Assembly: GCA_015064895.1 (NCBI GenBank)
Contig: SVRI01000008.1
Span: 11,126-75,125 of the forward strand
Source of the DNA: Oscillospiraceae bacterium
Lineage (GTDB): Bacteria; Bacillota; Clostridia; Oscillospirales; CAG-382
Direction: 5' to 3'
Length of the DNA: 64,000 bases
Shown here: piece by piece, positions 19,182 through 27,004 of the stretch
Layout: every line of letters begins with the position of its first letter
Numbering within the stretch: the first letter of the stretch is position 1
Translations under genes and position numbers: made by a program
Notes under the pieces: generated by a model
Database searches by the model: none
What the model was told of the DNA's origin: nothing
The model's input: the letters and a program-made list of their open reading frames with translations, nothing else

Positions 19182-20510
19182 TCACTTTGCATTTATTCTG
19201 ATGTAGGCATCGGTTACTTCTTCAACCTTGCCCGAGATTGATGCGTGAATACTTACTCCAAGTCCTTCGGGTGCATTTGCAATAACATCACCGACATTTA
19301 CCGAGTCGCCCACCTTGACACAAGCTACAGCAGGTGCGCCGATATGCTGGCTGAGTTTTATCTTCACGCTGTCGGCCTTTACGAGATTGTCGTCAAGGGG
19401 ACATTCCACGTCATATTTAACAAGTCCGAGGTGACGGACAAGCTTTGTAATGGGAACTGTTCTGAATTCTCGAAGCTTATGCACTTCTTTTGTTTCAATA
19501 TCCTTTGGAATCTGAACGCCTGCTTTTTTGAGCTTTCCCTTTGTCATGCCAAGTAAGGTTGTGGGAGAAAGTCCCTGGAAACAAGCATAATATTCACATA
19601 TACCGCAGGAGCAACAGAAGAATGAATCAATGTAAGGCTTTACATCCTTTGTAACGCCGCCTGTAACATTCATCATAAACTTCTGGGGGTCAATGGGATG
19701 ACCAAGAAGATTACGGGAGCACAGGTCTGTACACATCATACAGTTACAGCAGGCACTCATGGCACGCTTCATGCTGATGGTTACGGGTGTTGTTCTCTTT
19801 GTTATGATATACTGATTTTCATCCAGTACAAGGATTGCATTTGAAGTCTTGGTAACAACCTCACGCTTTGAGGAGATTGTACCTGTCATAGGTCCGCCCG
19901 CAAAATACACAGGGTTCTTTATTGTGGCACCGCCGCAAAGTTCAACCACTTCGCCGTAGGTCATACCAATCGGCACCTTGAGTGTTGAGGGGTTCTTTAC
20001 CTCGCCTGCAACGGTTATATACTTATATGTAACGCCCTTATTTTCCTTAATAGCATATGCCGCATTGAGCATAGTTTCGACATTATAAACAACGCATCCA
20101 ACGCTGATGGGAAGCTGTCCTGCGGGAACAACTCTACCCGTGGTTTCATAGATTGTAACCACTTCGTCGCCGGCAGGATAGATTTCGGGAAGAAGTCCTA
20201 TCGAAAAACCGTCCTTGCCTTCGATTGCTTCCTCTGCCGCCTCTATTGCATCCTTGTAATGGGGCTTTACAGCAATGATAACCCTGTCTGCACCGAGAAC
20301 ATTCTTGACAGTCTCAAGAGCAAAGACAATGTCTCTTGCATGATACTCAAGCACCTGTCTGTGAAGCTTTAAAAGGGGCTCACATTCGGCACAGTTGAGA
20401 ATTATTGTATCCGCTTTGTCGTTGAGTTTTGCGTATGAGGGAAAACCTGCACCGCCGGCACCAACGACACCGGCATTTTTAAGAATGTCGGAAAGTGCCT
20501 TTATATCCAT
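19182..20510 (-). CDS. PduS/RnfC-like flavo-iron-sulfur protein
   Basis: GAGGAGFP nucleotide/FMN motif at the N-terminus. Two Cys clusters (CCNCMMCTDLC, CCSCGICEYYAC). The C-terminal ~60 aa resembles the RnfC N-terminal barrel domain (HIGAPA...GD...HASISGKV). Confidence 0.78.
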   Translation of the reverse strand: MDIKALSDILKNAGVVGAGGAGFPSYAKLNDKADTIILNCAECEPLLKLHRQVLEYHARDIVFALETVKNVLGADRVIIAVKPHYKDAIEAAEEAIEGKDGFSIGLLPEIYPAGDEVVTIYETTGRVVPAGQLPISVGCVVYNVETMLNAAYAIKENKGVTYKYITVAGEVKNPSTLKVPIGMTYGEVVELCGGATIKNPVYFAGGPMTGTISSKREVVTKTSNAILVLDENQYIITKRTTPVTISMKRAMSACCNCMMCTDLCSRNLLGHPIDPQKFMMNVTGGVTKDVKPYIDSFFCCSCGICEYYACFQGLSPTTLLGMTKGKLKKAGVQIPKDIETKEVHKLREFRTVPITKLVRHLGLVKYDVECPLDDNLVKADSVKIKLSQHIGAPAVACVKVGDSVNVGDVIANAPEGLGVSIHASISGKVEEVTDAYIRINAK

Positions 20511-20791
20511 TATTCGTCACACTCCAGATTGCTTGCATCGTCAACGATACCTACAATTGCCGCATCTACGGGTGCGTTTTCGCATCCGCAACCGATTCTT
20601 GCAGCGCTTCCTTTTGCCACAAGTACAACTTCGCCTACACCTGCACCTACGTTATCGATAGCTACAAAGCTTTCGCATTCGCCCGATACCTTCATGCAAG
20701 CGAGAGGTTTAACAATAAGAAGCTTATGTCCAACTAAGTTTTCATTCTTGCGTGTGGAAACTATGCTTCCCGTTACTTTTCCTATTATCAT
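20510..20791 (-). CDS. BMC vertex pentamer protein (EutN/CcmL/PduN family)
   Basis: 93 aa. MIIGKVTGSIVSTRK start is typical of the family. Confidence 0.9.
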   Translation of the reverse strand: MIIGKVTGSIVSTRKNENLVGHKLLIVKPLACMKVSGECESFVAIDNVGAGVGEVVLVAKGSAARIGCGCENAPVDAAIVGIVDDASNLECDE

Positions 20792-20967
20792 AGTCTGTCC
20801 CCTTTCTTAAAATAAAAGGTGATATTTGCGTTTATTTACACTTACGAAAGTCTTTCATACCCATAAATAAGCGCAAGCGTCACCCTCGGGGCAAGAAAAC
20901 TTGCCCCGAATTGTGGCTCTTTTGATTCTTTACCTAACCGCGAAACCTGCCGCGGTGCTTTCCCGAC

Positions 20968-21402
20968 TTACTTAAGAGAGGGAAGAATCTTTTCAACGTC
21001 AGTATGAGGTCTGGGAATAACGTGTGTAGCGATGATTTCGCCGAGCTTCTGAGCTGCTGCGAGACCTGCTTCAACTGCAGCCTTAACTGCACCAACGTCG
21101 CCTCTTACCATTACGGATACGAGACCGCTACCGATCTTTTCTGTGCCAACGAGTTCAACGTTTGCTGCCTTGAGCATAGCATCTGCTGCTTCGATTGCTG
21201 CAACGAGACCTCTTGTTTCAACCATACCAAGTGCCTGCTGTACCATAGTCTTAATCTCCTTTGTTTCGGATTTTTTTGTTGTTTTTTTAGTTTCTTCTGT
21301 CTTTACTTCTTCTACGGGCTTCTTTTCGATAACCTTTTCCACAACTTCGGGAGCAGGAGAAGCAATTACAGTCTTCTTAGCCGAAGATTTTCTTTCAGCC
21401 AT
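20968..21402 (-). CDS. BMC-H hexamer shell protein with a ~50-aa Lys/Glu/Thr-rich N-terminal extension
   Basis: The C-terminal 90 aa is almost identical in pattern to PduA/EutM ([20 protein letters not shown]...). The N-terminal low-complexity tail is [23 protein letters not shown]. Confidence 0.85.
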   Translation of the reverse strand: MAERKSSAKKTVIASPAPEVVEKVIEKKPVEEVKTEETKKTTKKSETKEIKTMVQQALGMVETRGLVAAIEAADAMLKAANVELVGTEKIGSGLVSVMVRGDVGAVKAAVEAGLAAAQKLGEIIATHVIPRPHTDVEKILPSLK

Positions 21403-21438
21403 TGTCTTTTCCTCCGTTTAAGTCTTCTCTAGTTCCGA

Positions 21439-21714
21439 TTAGAACTTGGGAAGAATCTTTTCAACGTCTGCGTGGGGTCTGGGGATTACGTGAGTTGCGA
21501 TGATTTCGCCGAGTCTGGAAGCTGCTGCTGTACCGGATTCAACTGCTGCCTTAACTGCACCAACGTCGCCTCTTACCATTACAGATACGAGACCGCTACC
21601 GATCTTTTCTGTACCGATAAGTGTAACTTCTGCTGCCTTTACCATTGCATCAGCTGCTTCAACCGCTGCTGTGAGACCTCTGGTTTCGATCATACCAAGT
21701 GCTTCGTATGCCAT
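21439..21714 (-). CDS. BMC-H hexamer shell protein (PduA/EutM-like)
   Basis: 91 aa. [24 protein letters not shown]... Confidence 0.92.
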   Translation of the reverse strand: MAYEALGMIETRGLTAAVEAADAMVKAAEVTLIGTEKIGSGLVSVMVRGDVGAVKAAVESGTAAASRLGEIIATHVIPRPHADVEKILPKF

Positions 21715-21767
21715 GATTTTTTCCTCCTGATTAGTAAATATATTTTTTTATTTTTTAAACTAAGTAA

Positions 21768-22997
21768 TTACTGATTAACAATCGCAATCTTGAGACCCTG
21801 CATTGAGAGGTTCATTTCAAGTGCTTCATTAATCTTTTCCAAGGGATACTTATGTGTGATAAGCTCTGCTAAAGGAATACCGATTGCCTTTGCTCTCTTT
21901 AAGAAGTCAAAGGTTGTTGCGTAGTCTCTGAGTGTGTATACCCAGGAACCTACGGTTGTGATTTCCTTTGCACAGATATCAAAGTGGGGGTTAATCTGAG
22001 CGTCGCCGCCGTTGATAAAGAAGCCGAGCTCGCAAAGACCGCCGCCGTTACGGATGAACTTGTAGATGTTTGCATGAGCTACAGGTGAGCCTGTGCACTG
22101 GAATGCAAAGTCTGCAAGGTAGCCGCCGAATGCGTTTTCAACGCCCTTGGCAAGTTCTTCAACACCGTTGTGATTCTTGAAGTTGACGGAAGCTGTTGCG
22201 CCCATCTTCTTTGCAAAGTCGAGTCTCATATCGTTACCGTCAACCGCAACGATGTTTTCGATACCCATGGTTCTGAGAATTGCAATACAGATAAGACCGA
22301 TAGGTCCGCAACCCTGAACAACTACTCTTGAATTGAATCTTAAAATACCTGTTGTCTTTGCTCTTTCAACTGCGTGAATGAGAACCGCACAGGGTTCGAT
22401 AAGAATTCTTGAGTCGAGGTCGAGGTCGCTTACGTTAAATACTGTAGATCCGCCCTTAACTACCATATAATCTGCGAACCAACCCTGAAGATGATTCTTT
22501 TCATCGTCGGGAAGAAGTCCGTAAACATCGGCACCGCCAACGTTCTGCTTATTGAGGTCGAACATTGTGATGTCGGGGTTATCCTTGAAAATCATACAGG
22601 TAACAACTTTATCACCAATGTTAAGAGGCTTACCTGCACTATCCTTCTTAACATTCTTACCCATGGCAACTATCTCGCCCGTGCCCTCGTGACCGAGTGC
22701 AACAGGGATAAGGCCGAAGGGGTCGCGCTTGAACTCATGTGCGTCTGTACCGCATACACCGCAACCTTCAACTTTAACGAGGATATCGTCATCGCCGAGC
22801 GCAGGCACAGGGTATTCGTTAAGATCAAAATGTTCAAGCTTTGTAAGCATTGCAACACGTGCAGTCTTGGGCACGCCGCCCGCTGTTTTCTTCTGTGAAG
22901 GAACCGCTTCAAGCGAAGGAGCTGACGCATTTCCTTCCTTCAGAGAAGAGAGCACCTGTCTGACAATGGCTTCAATATCATTTGCCTTTACGTCCAT
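21768..22997 (-). CDS. zinc-dependent medium-chain alcohol/polyol dehydrogenase with N-terminal encapsulation-peptide-like extension
   Basis: GCGVCGTDAHE and GHEGTGE zinc motifs. GCGPIGL Rossmann motif. The ~50-aa N-terminal extension holds the amphipathic helix DIEAIVRQVLSSL plus a linker. Confidence 0.85.
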   Translation of the reverse strand: MDVKANDIEAIVRQVLSSLKEGNASAPSLEAVPSQKKTAGGVPKTARVAMLTKLEHFDLNEYPVPALGDDDILVKVEGCGVCGTDAHEFKRDPFGLIPVALGHEGTGEIVAMGKNVKKDSAGKPLNIGDKVVTCMIFKDNPDITMFDLNKQNVGGADVYGLLPDDEKNHLQGWFADYMVVKGGSTVFNVSDLDLDSRILIEPCAVLIHAVERAKTTGILRFNSRVVVQGCGPIGLICIAILRTMGIENIVAVDGNDMRLDFAKKMGATASVNFKNHNGVEELAKGVENAFGGYLADFAFQCTGSPVAHANIYKFIRNGGGLCELGFFINGGDAQINPHFDICAKEITTVGSWVYTLRDYATTFDFLKRAKAIGIPLAELITHKYPLEKINEALEMNLSMQGLKIAIVNQ

Positions 22998-23011
22998 GTG
23001 TTTTCTCCTTA

Positions 23012-23527
23012 TTAATTTAAGCTTTCGAAGTAGGCTCTTCCGTACTCACCGAGCAGTGTATCCTGTTCGGCTGTGCCGCCGCTGACGCCTAAGCCTCCGA
23101 TTATTACACCGTCTTTGTTTGTGAGCGGCTCGCCGCCTCCGAAAATTACTATTTTGCCACCATTTGTAAACTGTATTCCGTAAAGTGAACCGCCGGGTGC
23201 TGCAAGAGTTGCAAGATTTTTGGTGGGCATCTTTAATGATACCACCGTAAATGCCTTGTTTACCGCTATATCATAGCTGGCAATAAAAGCATCATCCATA
23301 CATTCTACAGCTATGGGGTTTCCGCCTGCATCAGCAACAGCCGTTACCGCCTTGACTCCCATTTCGGATGCCTTCTTTTGTACAGCTTCGATTGTTTTCT
23401 TTGCCGCAGAAAGAGTCATCTTTGTCATGGAGTTTTTAACGGCGGCAGTTGTCTTTACGTCGGAGGATTCCTGACCCAGCACCTGTTTTACTATATCGCT
23501 TACAAGCTTTTCCATATCATGTGCCAT
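23012..23527 (-). CDS. DUF336 / GlcG-PduO-C-like (putative haem-binding) protein with N-terminal encapsulation-peptide-like helix
   Basis: Start set to MAHDMEKL (23527) behind GGAAGGAGG. MEKLVSDIVKQVLGQ helix, then the DUF336 core (...GGLGVSGGTAEQD...). Confidence 0.75.
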   Translation of the reverse strand: MAHDMEKLVSDIVKQVLGQESSDVKTTAAVKNSMTKMTLSAAKKTIEAVQKKASEMGVKAVTAVADAGGNPIAVECMDDAFIASYDIAVNKAFTVVSLKMPTKNLATLAAPGGSLYGIQFTNGGKIVIFGGGEPLTNKDGVIIGGLGVSGGTAEQDTLLGEYGRAYFESLN

Positions 23528-23540
23528 CAGTCTTACCTCC

Positions 23541-23672
23541 TTCCGCTTTCTTTCGCAGAAAGCTTGGCAAAGAACTCGCATTGCCCAACTTTCCGCCTCG
23601 TTTTTTTCTCTAATCTTTACTGCTCGATTTAAGTTTCATTTTGCCGCCTATAAGGCACGCGGCAAAATGATT
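23541..23672. repeat. mosaic repeat, 5'-leader module (half element)
   Basis: gctttct/agaaagc hairpin + ttggcaaagaactcgca + cattttgccgc/gcggcaaaatg hairpin. Lies between the aldolase stop and the DUF336 RBS. Confidence 0.8.
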
Positions 23673-23693
23673 TCACAAGGTACTTTATGTATC

Positions 23694-24506
23694 TTATTTA
23701 CCTAATTGAGCAAGTACGTTCTTTGTGATCTGAGCGATGATGTCATCTTCATTGGAATGACCGTGACTGCCGCAGTTACCGCTACAAGAACCGCCGCAAG
23801 AGTGACAGCTGGGCTTGCCTGCCTTGTTGTTGGGGCAGAGGTCTGCAGGATGCTTACCTGTCATACCGAACTGACGTCTGATTTCATAAAGTCTCTGAAC
23901 CTGTGCTTCGGAAAGGTGCTTAGGACCGCCGAGCATCTTAGACTGGTAGAGAAGCTGTGCATAGAATTCTACGGATTCCATCTTGTGATAAGCACTGAGA
24001 AGTGAATCGGAGAATGCAAGTGCACCGTGGTTTTCAAGAAGTACAGCATCGAAGTACTGGAGGTACTTGGAAACTGCATCGGGAATTTCTTCAGTAGAAG
24101 GTGTGCCGTATTCAGCGATCGGAACACAACCGAGTGCGATTACTGCTTCGGGCATAATCGGTTCTGTAAGGGGAATACCTGCAATAGCAAAGCTTGTTGC
24201 ATACATGGGGTGAGCATGTACAACAGACTTAACGTCGGGTCTTTCCTTATATACTCTCATATGCATCTTGATTTCGGAAGAAGGTCTGAATCCTTCGTAT
24301 GCCTGGATTACCTTACCTTCTGCGTCAACCTTACAGATGTATTCGGGTGTCATAAAGCCCTTGGATACGCCTGTAGGTGTGCAAAGAAATTCGTTGTCGT
24401 TGAGCTTAACGGAAATGTTACCGTCATTAGAAGCAACCATGCCTCTGTCGTAGATACGCTTACCAATGTCACAAATCTGTTTTTTGATTTCGTATTCTGT
24501 TGCCAT
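23694..24506 (-). CDS. class II aldolase (L-fuculose / L-rhamnulose-1-phosphate aldolase type) with Cys/His-rich linker and C-terminal encapsulation-peptide-like helix
   Basis: 270 aa. The class II aldolase/adducin fold pattern includes HAHP metal ligands. C-terminal tail CPNNKAGKPSCHSCGGSCSGNCGSHGHS + DDIIAQITKNVLAQLGK. Confidence 0.88.
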   Translation of the reverse strand: MATEYEIKKQICDIGKRIYDRGMVASNDGNISVKLNDNEFLCTPTGVSKGFMTPEYICKVDAEGKVIQAYEGFRPSSEIKMHMRVYKERPDVKSVVHAHPMYATSFAIAGIPLTEPIMPEAVIALGCVPIAEYGTPSTEEIPDAVSKYLQYFDAVLLENHGALAFSDSLLSAYHKMESVEFYAQLLYQSKMLGGPKHLSEAQVQRLYEIRRQFGMTGKHPADLCPNNKAGKPSCHSCGGSCSGNCGSHGHSNEDDIIAQITKNVLAQLGK

Positions 24507-24597
24507 TGTTTAACTCTCCTTTTTGTTTATATGTTATTTTTTATTTTTTCCTATGTTTTTTGCAAAAGAACATGAATCCACACTCTTTTACGATAAA

Positions 24598-24626
24598 ATT
24601 ATAGCACTTTGATATATTGTTGTCAA
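24598..24626 (-). promoter_or_regulatory. internal sigma-70-type promoter for the aldolase-to-pduT-like sub-operon
   Basis: Minus strand reads TTGACA (24626-24621), 17 nt, TATAAT (24603-24598). Confidence 0.55.
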
Positions 24627-24690
24627 TGGTTTTTGGCAAAAAAGTGTTGTTTTTTGAGGAATTTCTGTGGTTTTGTGTTGTTTTCGGGTT
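24627..24690 (-). promoter_or_regulatory. conserved upstream module shared with the GRE promoter (candidate regulator binding sites)
   Basis: ggtttttggcaaaaaagtgttgttttttgaggaatttctgtggttttgtgttg aligns with 29622-29680. The shared core is TTTTTGA-NNAATT-NN-TGTGGTTTTGTGTT. Confidence 0.45.
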
Positions 24691-24695
24691 GAAAA

Positions 24696-25160
24696 TCAGT
24701 TTCTGTTCACAGAATATTCATCTTCGGGTTCTTTTTCAAGGGCGAGATAATCTAATATATCTTGTATGCCGTCATCGTTATAGCTGCTGGTATAGAAGAT
24801 GCGTTTACAGCCGCAGAGCTTTAGCCATCCTCCCGCCCTTTCGGGGTTAGCATACTCGTGGTCGCACTTTGTGACAATTCCGATTACGGGTCTTGTACAC
24901 ATCCCGACAACATTAGGAGGAAACAAACAGAAAGGCTCTGTTGCCGAAATAAGTATTCCTATTACATCGGCTTCGCAGGAATAGACCGCAAGAGCACCGC
25001 CGAGCTGTTTTGCTTCGATATACTCACCGGGGGTATCGATAATGCTTTCGCTGTAGTCGATATACTGGGTTTTATGATAGTGGATTTCTTCTCTGCGAAG
25101 TGCCTGAATAAGTGTGGACTTACCGGCTTCGCTTCTACCCATAAGTATAAGCTTTCGCAT
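24696..25160 (-). CDS. EutP/PduV-family small GTPase
   Basis: 154 aa. P-loop GRSEAGKST and DTPGE. Confidence 0.85.
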   Translation of the reverse strand: MRKLILMGRSEAGKSTLIQALRREEIHYHKTQYIDYSESIIDTPGEYIEAKQLGGALAVYSCEADVIGILISATEPFCLFPPNVVGMCTRPVIGIVTKCDHEYANPERAGGWLKLCGCKRIFYTSSYNDDGIQDILDYLALEKEPEDEYSVNRN

Positions 25161-25528
25161 TATGTTCTTGTTACGGGGCAGACCTTAAAGCCAAGCACCT
25201 TTTCTGCATATTCGTTGACAGCATTAAGGGAAGCCTCAACCTCGGAAACGGTACCTGTCACAATAAGCGTGCCCGAGAATCTGTCGACAAATCCCAGGGT
25301 TGCTCCCGATTTCTTTATGGCAAGGTCGGCACCGATGATTGCGTATTCGGCAGGTGACATTGTCACAAGTCCGATTGCGCACTTATTCTGAGAGTAGTCC
25401 ACCGAAGGGTCAAGTCCCAGTTTTCTATAGAGAATCTCGTCGGGGTTTGCGATAATATGAGAAAGGGTTATCTGTTTACCGGGAACGAGTTCCTGTATAA
25501 TTCGTTGTTTGTTTTCGTAATTATCCAT
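25160..25528 (-). CDS. circularly permuted BMC shell protein (PduU/EutS-like)
   Basis: 122 aa. The N-terminal beta-barrel segment and permuted BMC fold pattern are as in PduU/EutS. Confidence 0.82.
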   Translation of the reverse strand: MDNYENKQRIIQELVPGKQITLSHIIANPDEILYRKLGLDPSVDYSQNKCAIGLVTMSPAEYAIIGADLAIKKSGATLGFVDRFSGTLIVTGTVSEVEASLNAVNEYAEKVLGFKVCPVTRT

Positions 25529-25770
25529 TGTTCCTACTTTTCTTTCGCAGAAAAGTAGGCAAAAGAACTTGCATTTGTCACCTTTCTGTGAAGGGTTTAG
25601 TTATTATTTTGTTTTCTCGAGTGGTATTTTATTTTGCCCTCAATAAGTCAGACGGCAAAATGAATGCGTGTTTTTTAAAAATTCATTCGGGCATTCGATA
25701 TTCGTTTGAATCTCAAAATGCAGTCCCGAGATAAAAAGGTCTTTGCCTACTTTCTCCTTAAGAAAGTAGG
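25529..25770. repeat. complete mosaic repeat element (hairpin module at both ends)
   Basis: Left end ctacttttct/agaaaagtag + gcaaaagaacttgca. Internal ttctcgag, cattttgcc.../...ggcaaaatg and attcgggcattcga. Right end gtctttg + cctactttct/agaaagtagg abuts the activase TAA. Confidence 0.8.
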
Positions 25771-26568
25771 TTATCCGCCAATGATTACTCTGAGACCTGA
25801 GCATTCTGCGCTTTTTTTGAGTTTATCCATGTGTTCTTTACTCGGTGTCTGAACATCTCCCATAAGATATTCACGTCCGAGACCTATGTACTTATCATAT
25901 CCGAGTCTGTGGTAAGGAAGAAGATGAATTTCCTCAACACCTCTGAGAGATTTTGCAAACTTTGCAATGGAGAAGATTTCCTCTTCTGTATCATTAAAGG
26001 TTGGAATTACGGGAACACGCACCGTCAGGCTTTTTGCTATCTGTGAGAGCTTTTGTGCGTTTTCCAAGATAAGCTCGTTTGACACACCCGTAAATTCTTT
26101 ATGCTTCTTTGAATCGGTATGCTTTATATCCATCAAGATATAGTCAAGATTCTCGGCGAACTCTTTTACCGTTTCAAAGGGCAGGTTTGCCGTTGTTTCA
26201 ATGCAGGTATTTATTCCCATGTGGTGTGCACCTTTAAGGAGTGCTATTGCAAATTCCTTCTGGCACATCGCCTCACCGCCTGACAGCGTAAGTCCGCCGC
26301 CGCTTCTGCGGTAGTAGGGCATATCTTTTCCGACATCTTCGAGAACTTTCTTGACCGTGATATCATAACCGATAGTCTTTGTCTTTCCGTTCTGCACCAT
26401 TTCCTGGATTTTGTATTCCTGCGATTCGGGATTACAGCACCAGCGGCATCTGAGAATACAGCCTTTGAGGAATACTATTGTACGAATACCGGGGCCGTCG
26501 TGGGTAGAGAACTTCTGGATATCGAAGATTCTGCCTGTGGTATTCATAATTGATTCAAGTGTATCCAT
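25771..26568 (-). CDS. glycyl-radical enzyme activating enzyme (radical SAM, short PflA-like form)
   Basis: Start set to MDTLES (26568) behind AGAGGTGAG. CILRCRWC (CX3CX2C) cluster. GGGLTLSGGE SAM motif. No ferredoxin-like Cys insert is visible. Confidence 0.88.
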   Translation of the reverse strand: MDTLESIMNTTGRIFDIQKFSTHDGPGIRTIVFLKGCILRCRWCCNPESQEYKIQEMVQNGKTKTIGYDITVKKVLEDVGKDMPYYRRSGGGLTLSGGEAMCQKEFAIALLKGAHHMGINTCIETTANLPFETVKEFAENLDYILMDIKHTDSKKHKEFTGVSNELILENAQKLSQIAKSLTVRVPVIPTFNDTEEEIFSIAKFAKSLRGVEEIHLLPYHRLGYDKYIGLGREYLMGDVQTPSKEHMDKLKKSAECSGLRVIIGG

Positions 26569-26599
26569 CAGTCTCTCACCTCTTTTTGCCAAACTTATG

Positions 26600-27004
26600 T
26601 TTATTTCTTCGTACTTTTGTCCCGAAACAAAAGTACCAAAAATTCTCCGCTCAAAAGGAGAGATGACTCGGCGGCGAGTCGCCGCTGACAAACCGTCATT
26701 TTGACGGCATACCGAAAACCGTCAAAATGACAAATATTGCTGTCGGGCTTTCCCGACCCGCGGAGGCTTACCTCTCTCACTATTTGTGCGACACTTAATA
26801 TTATTTTTCTATCCAAGGCACCCCGTATATTTGCTGTCGGGCTTTCCCGACCCGTGGAGGCTTATCTCCTCTCAATGGGTGTGGTGCAAATTTGTATTGA
26901 GTTTGACCGCCCCGCTTTATGGCGATCAAACGGTGTTTGTTATGCGACACCTAAAAATTGCTTGTTGCCGAGATGTCCCGTGAGTTGCCCGCGGGGGCTC
27001 CCCG
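26600..27004. repeat. long composite mosaic repeat between the GRE and its activase
   Basis: Modules are gtacttttgt/acaaaagtac, ctcaaaaggagag, gtcattttgacgg/ccgtcaaaatgac, ctgtcgggctttcccgacccgNggaggctta (present twice, at 26737 and 26833) and gagtttgaccgc hairpin. Homologous to 38480-38585, 46722-46910 and 59530-59792 (reverse). Confidence 0.8.

Noticed and set aside
20815-20967. The hairpin-rich spacer between the BMC-H and BMC-P genes considered as another mosaic repeat copy or a riboswitch.
   Set aside because: Only short similarity to the repeat family is present (…gctttcccgac, and a cggggcaag/cttgccccg hairpin). No known riboswitch core is recognisable. This is too weak to call.
23528-23581. 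N-terminal extensions of ORF-track models that run into repeats or lack an RBS (23581, 26691, 63396, 1960, 13834, 5996, 35495, 40331, 42402).
   Set aside because: In each case a downstream ATG or TTG sits 5-10 nt behind a strong AGGAGG-like site and matches where the conserved domain begins. The upstream part translates repeat or intergenic sequence.
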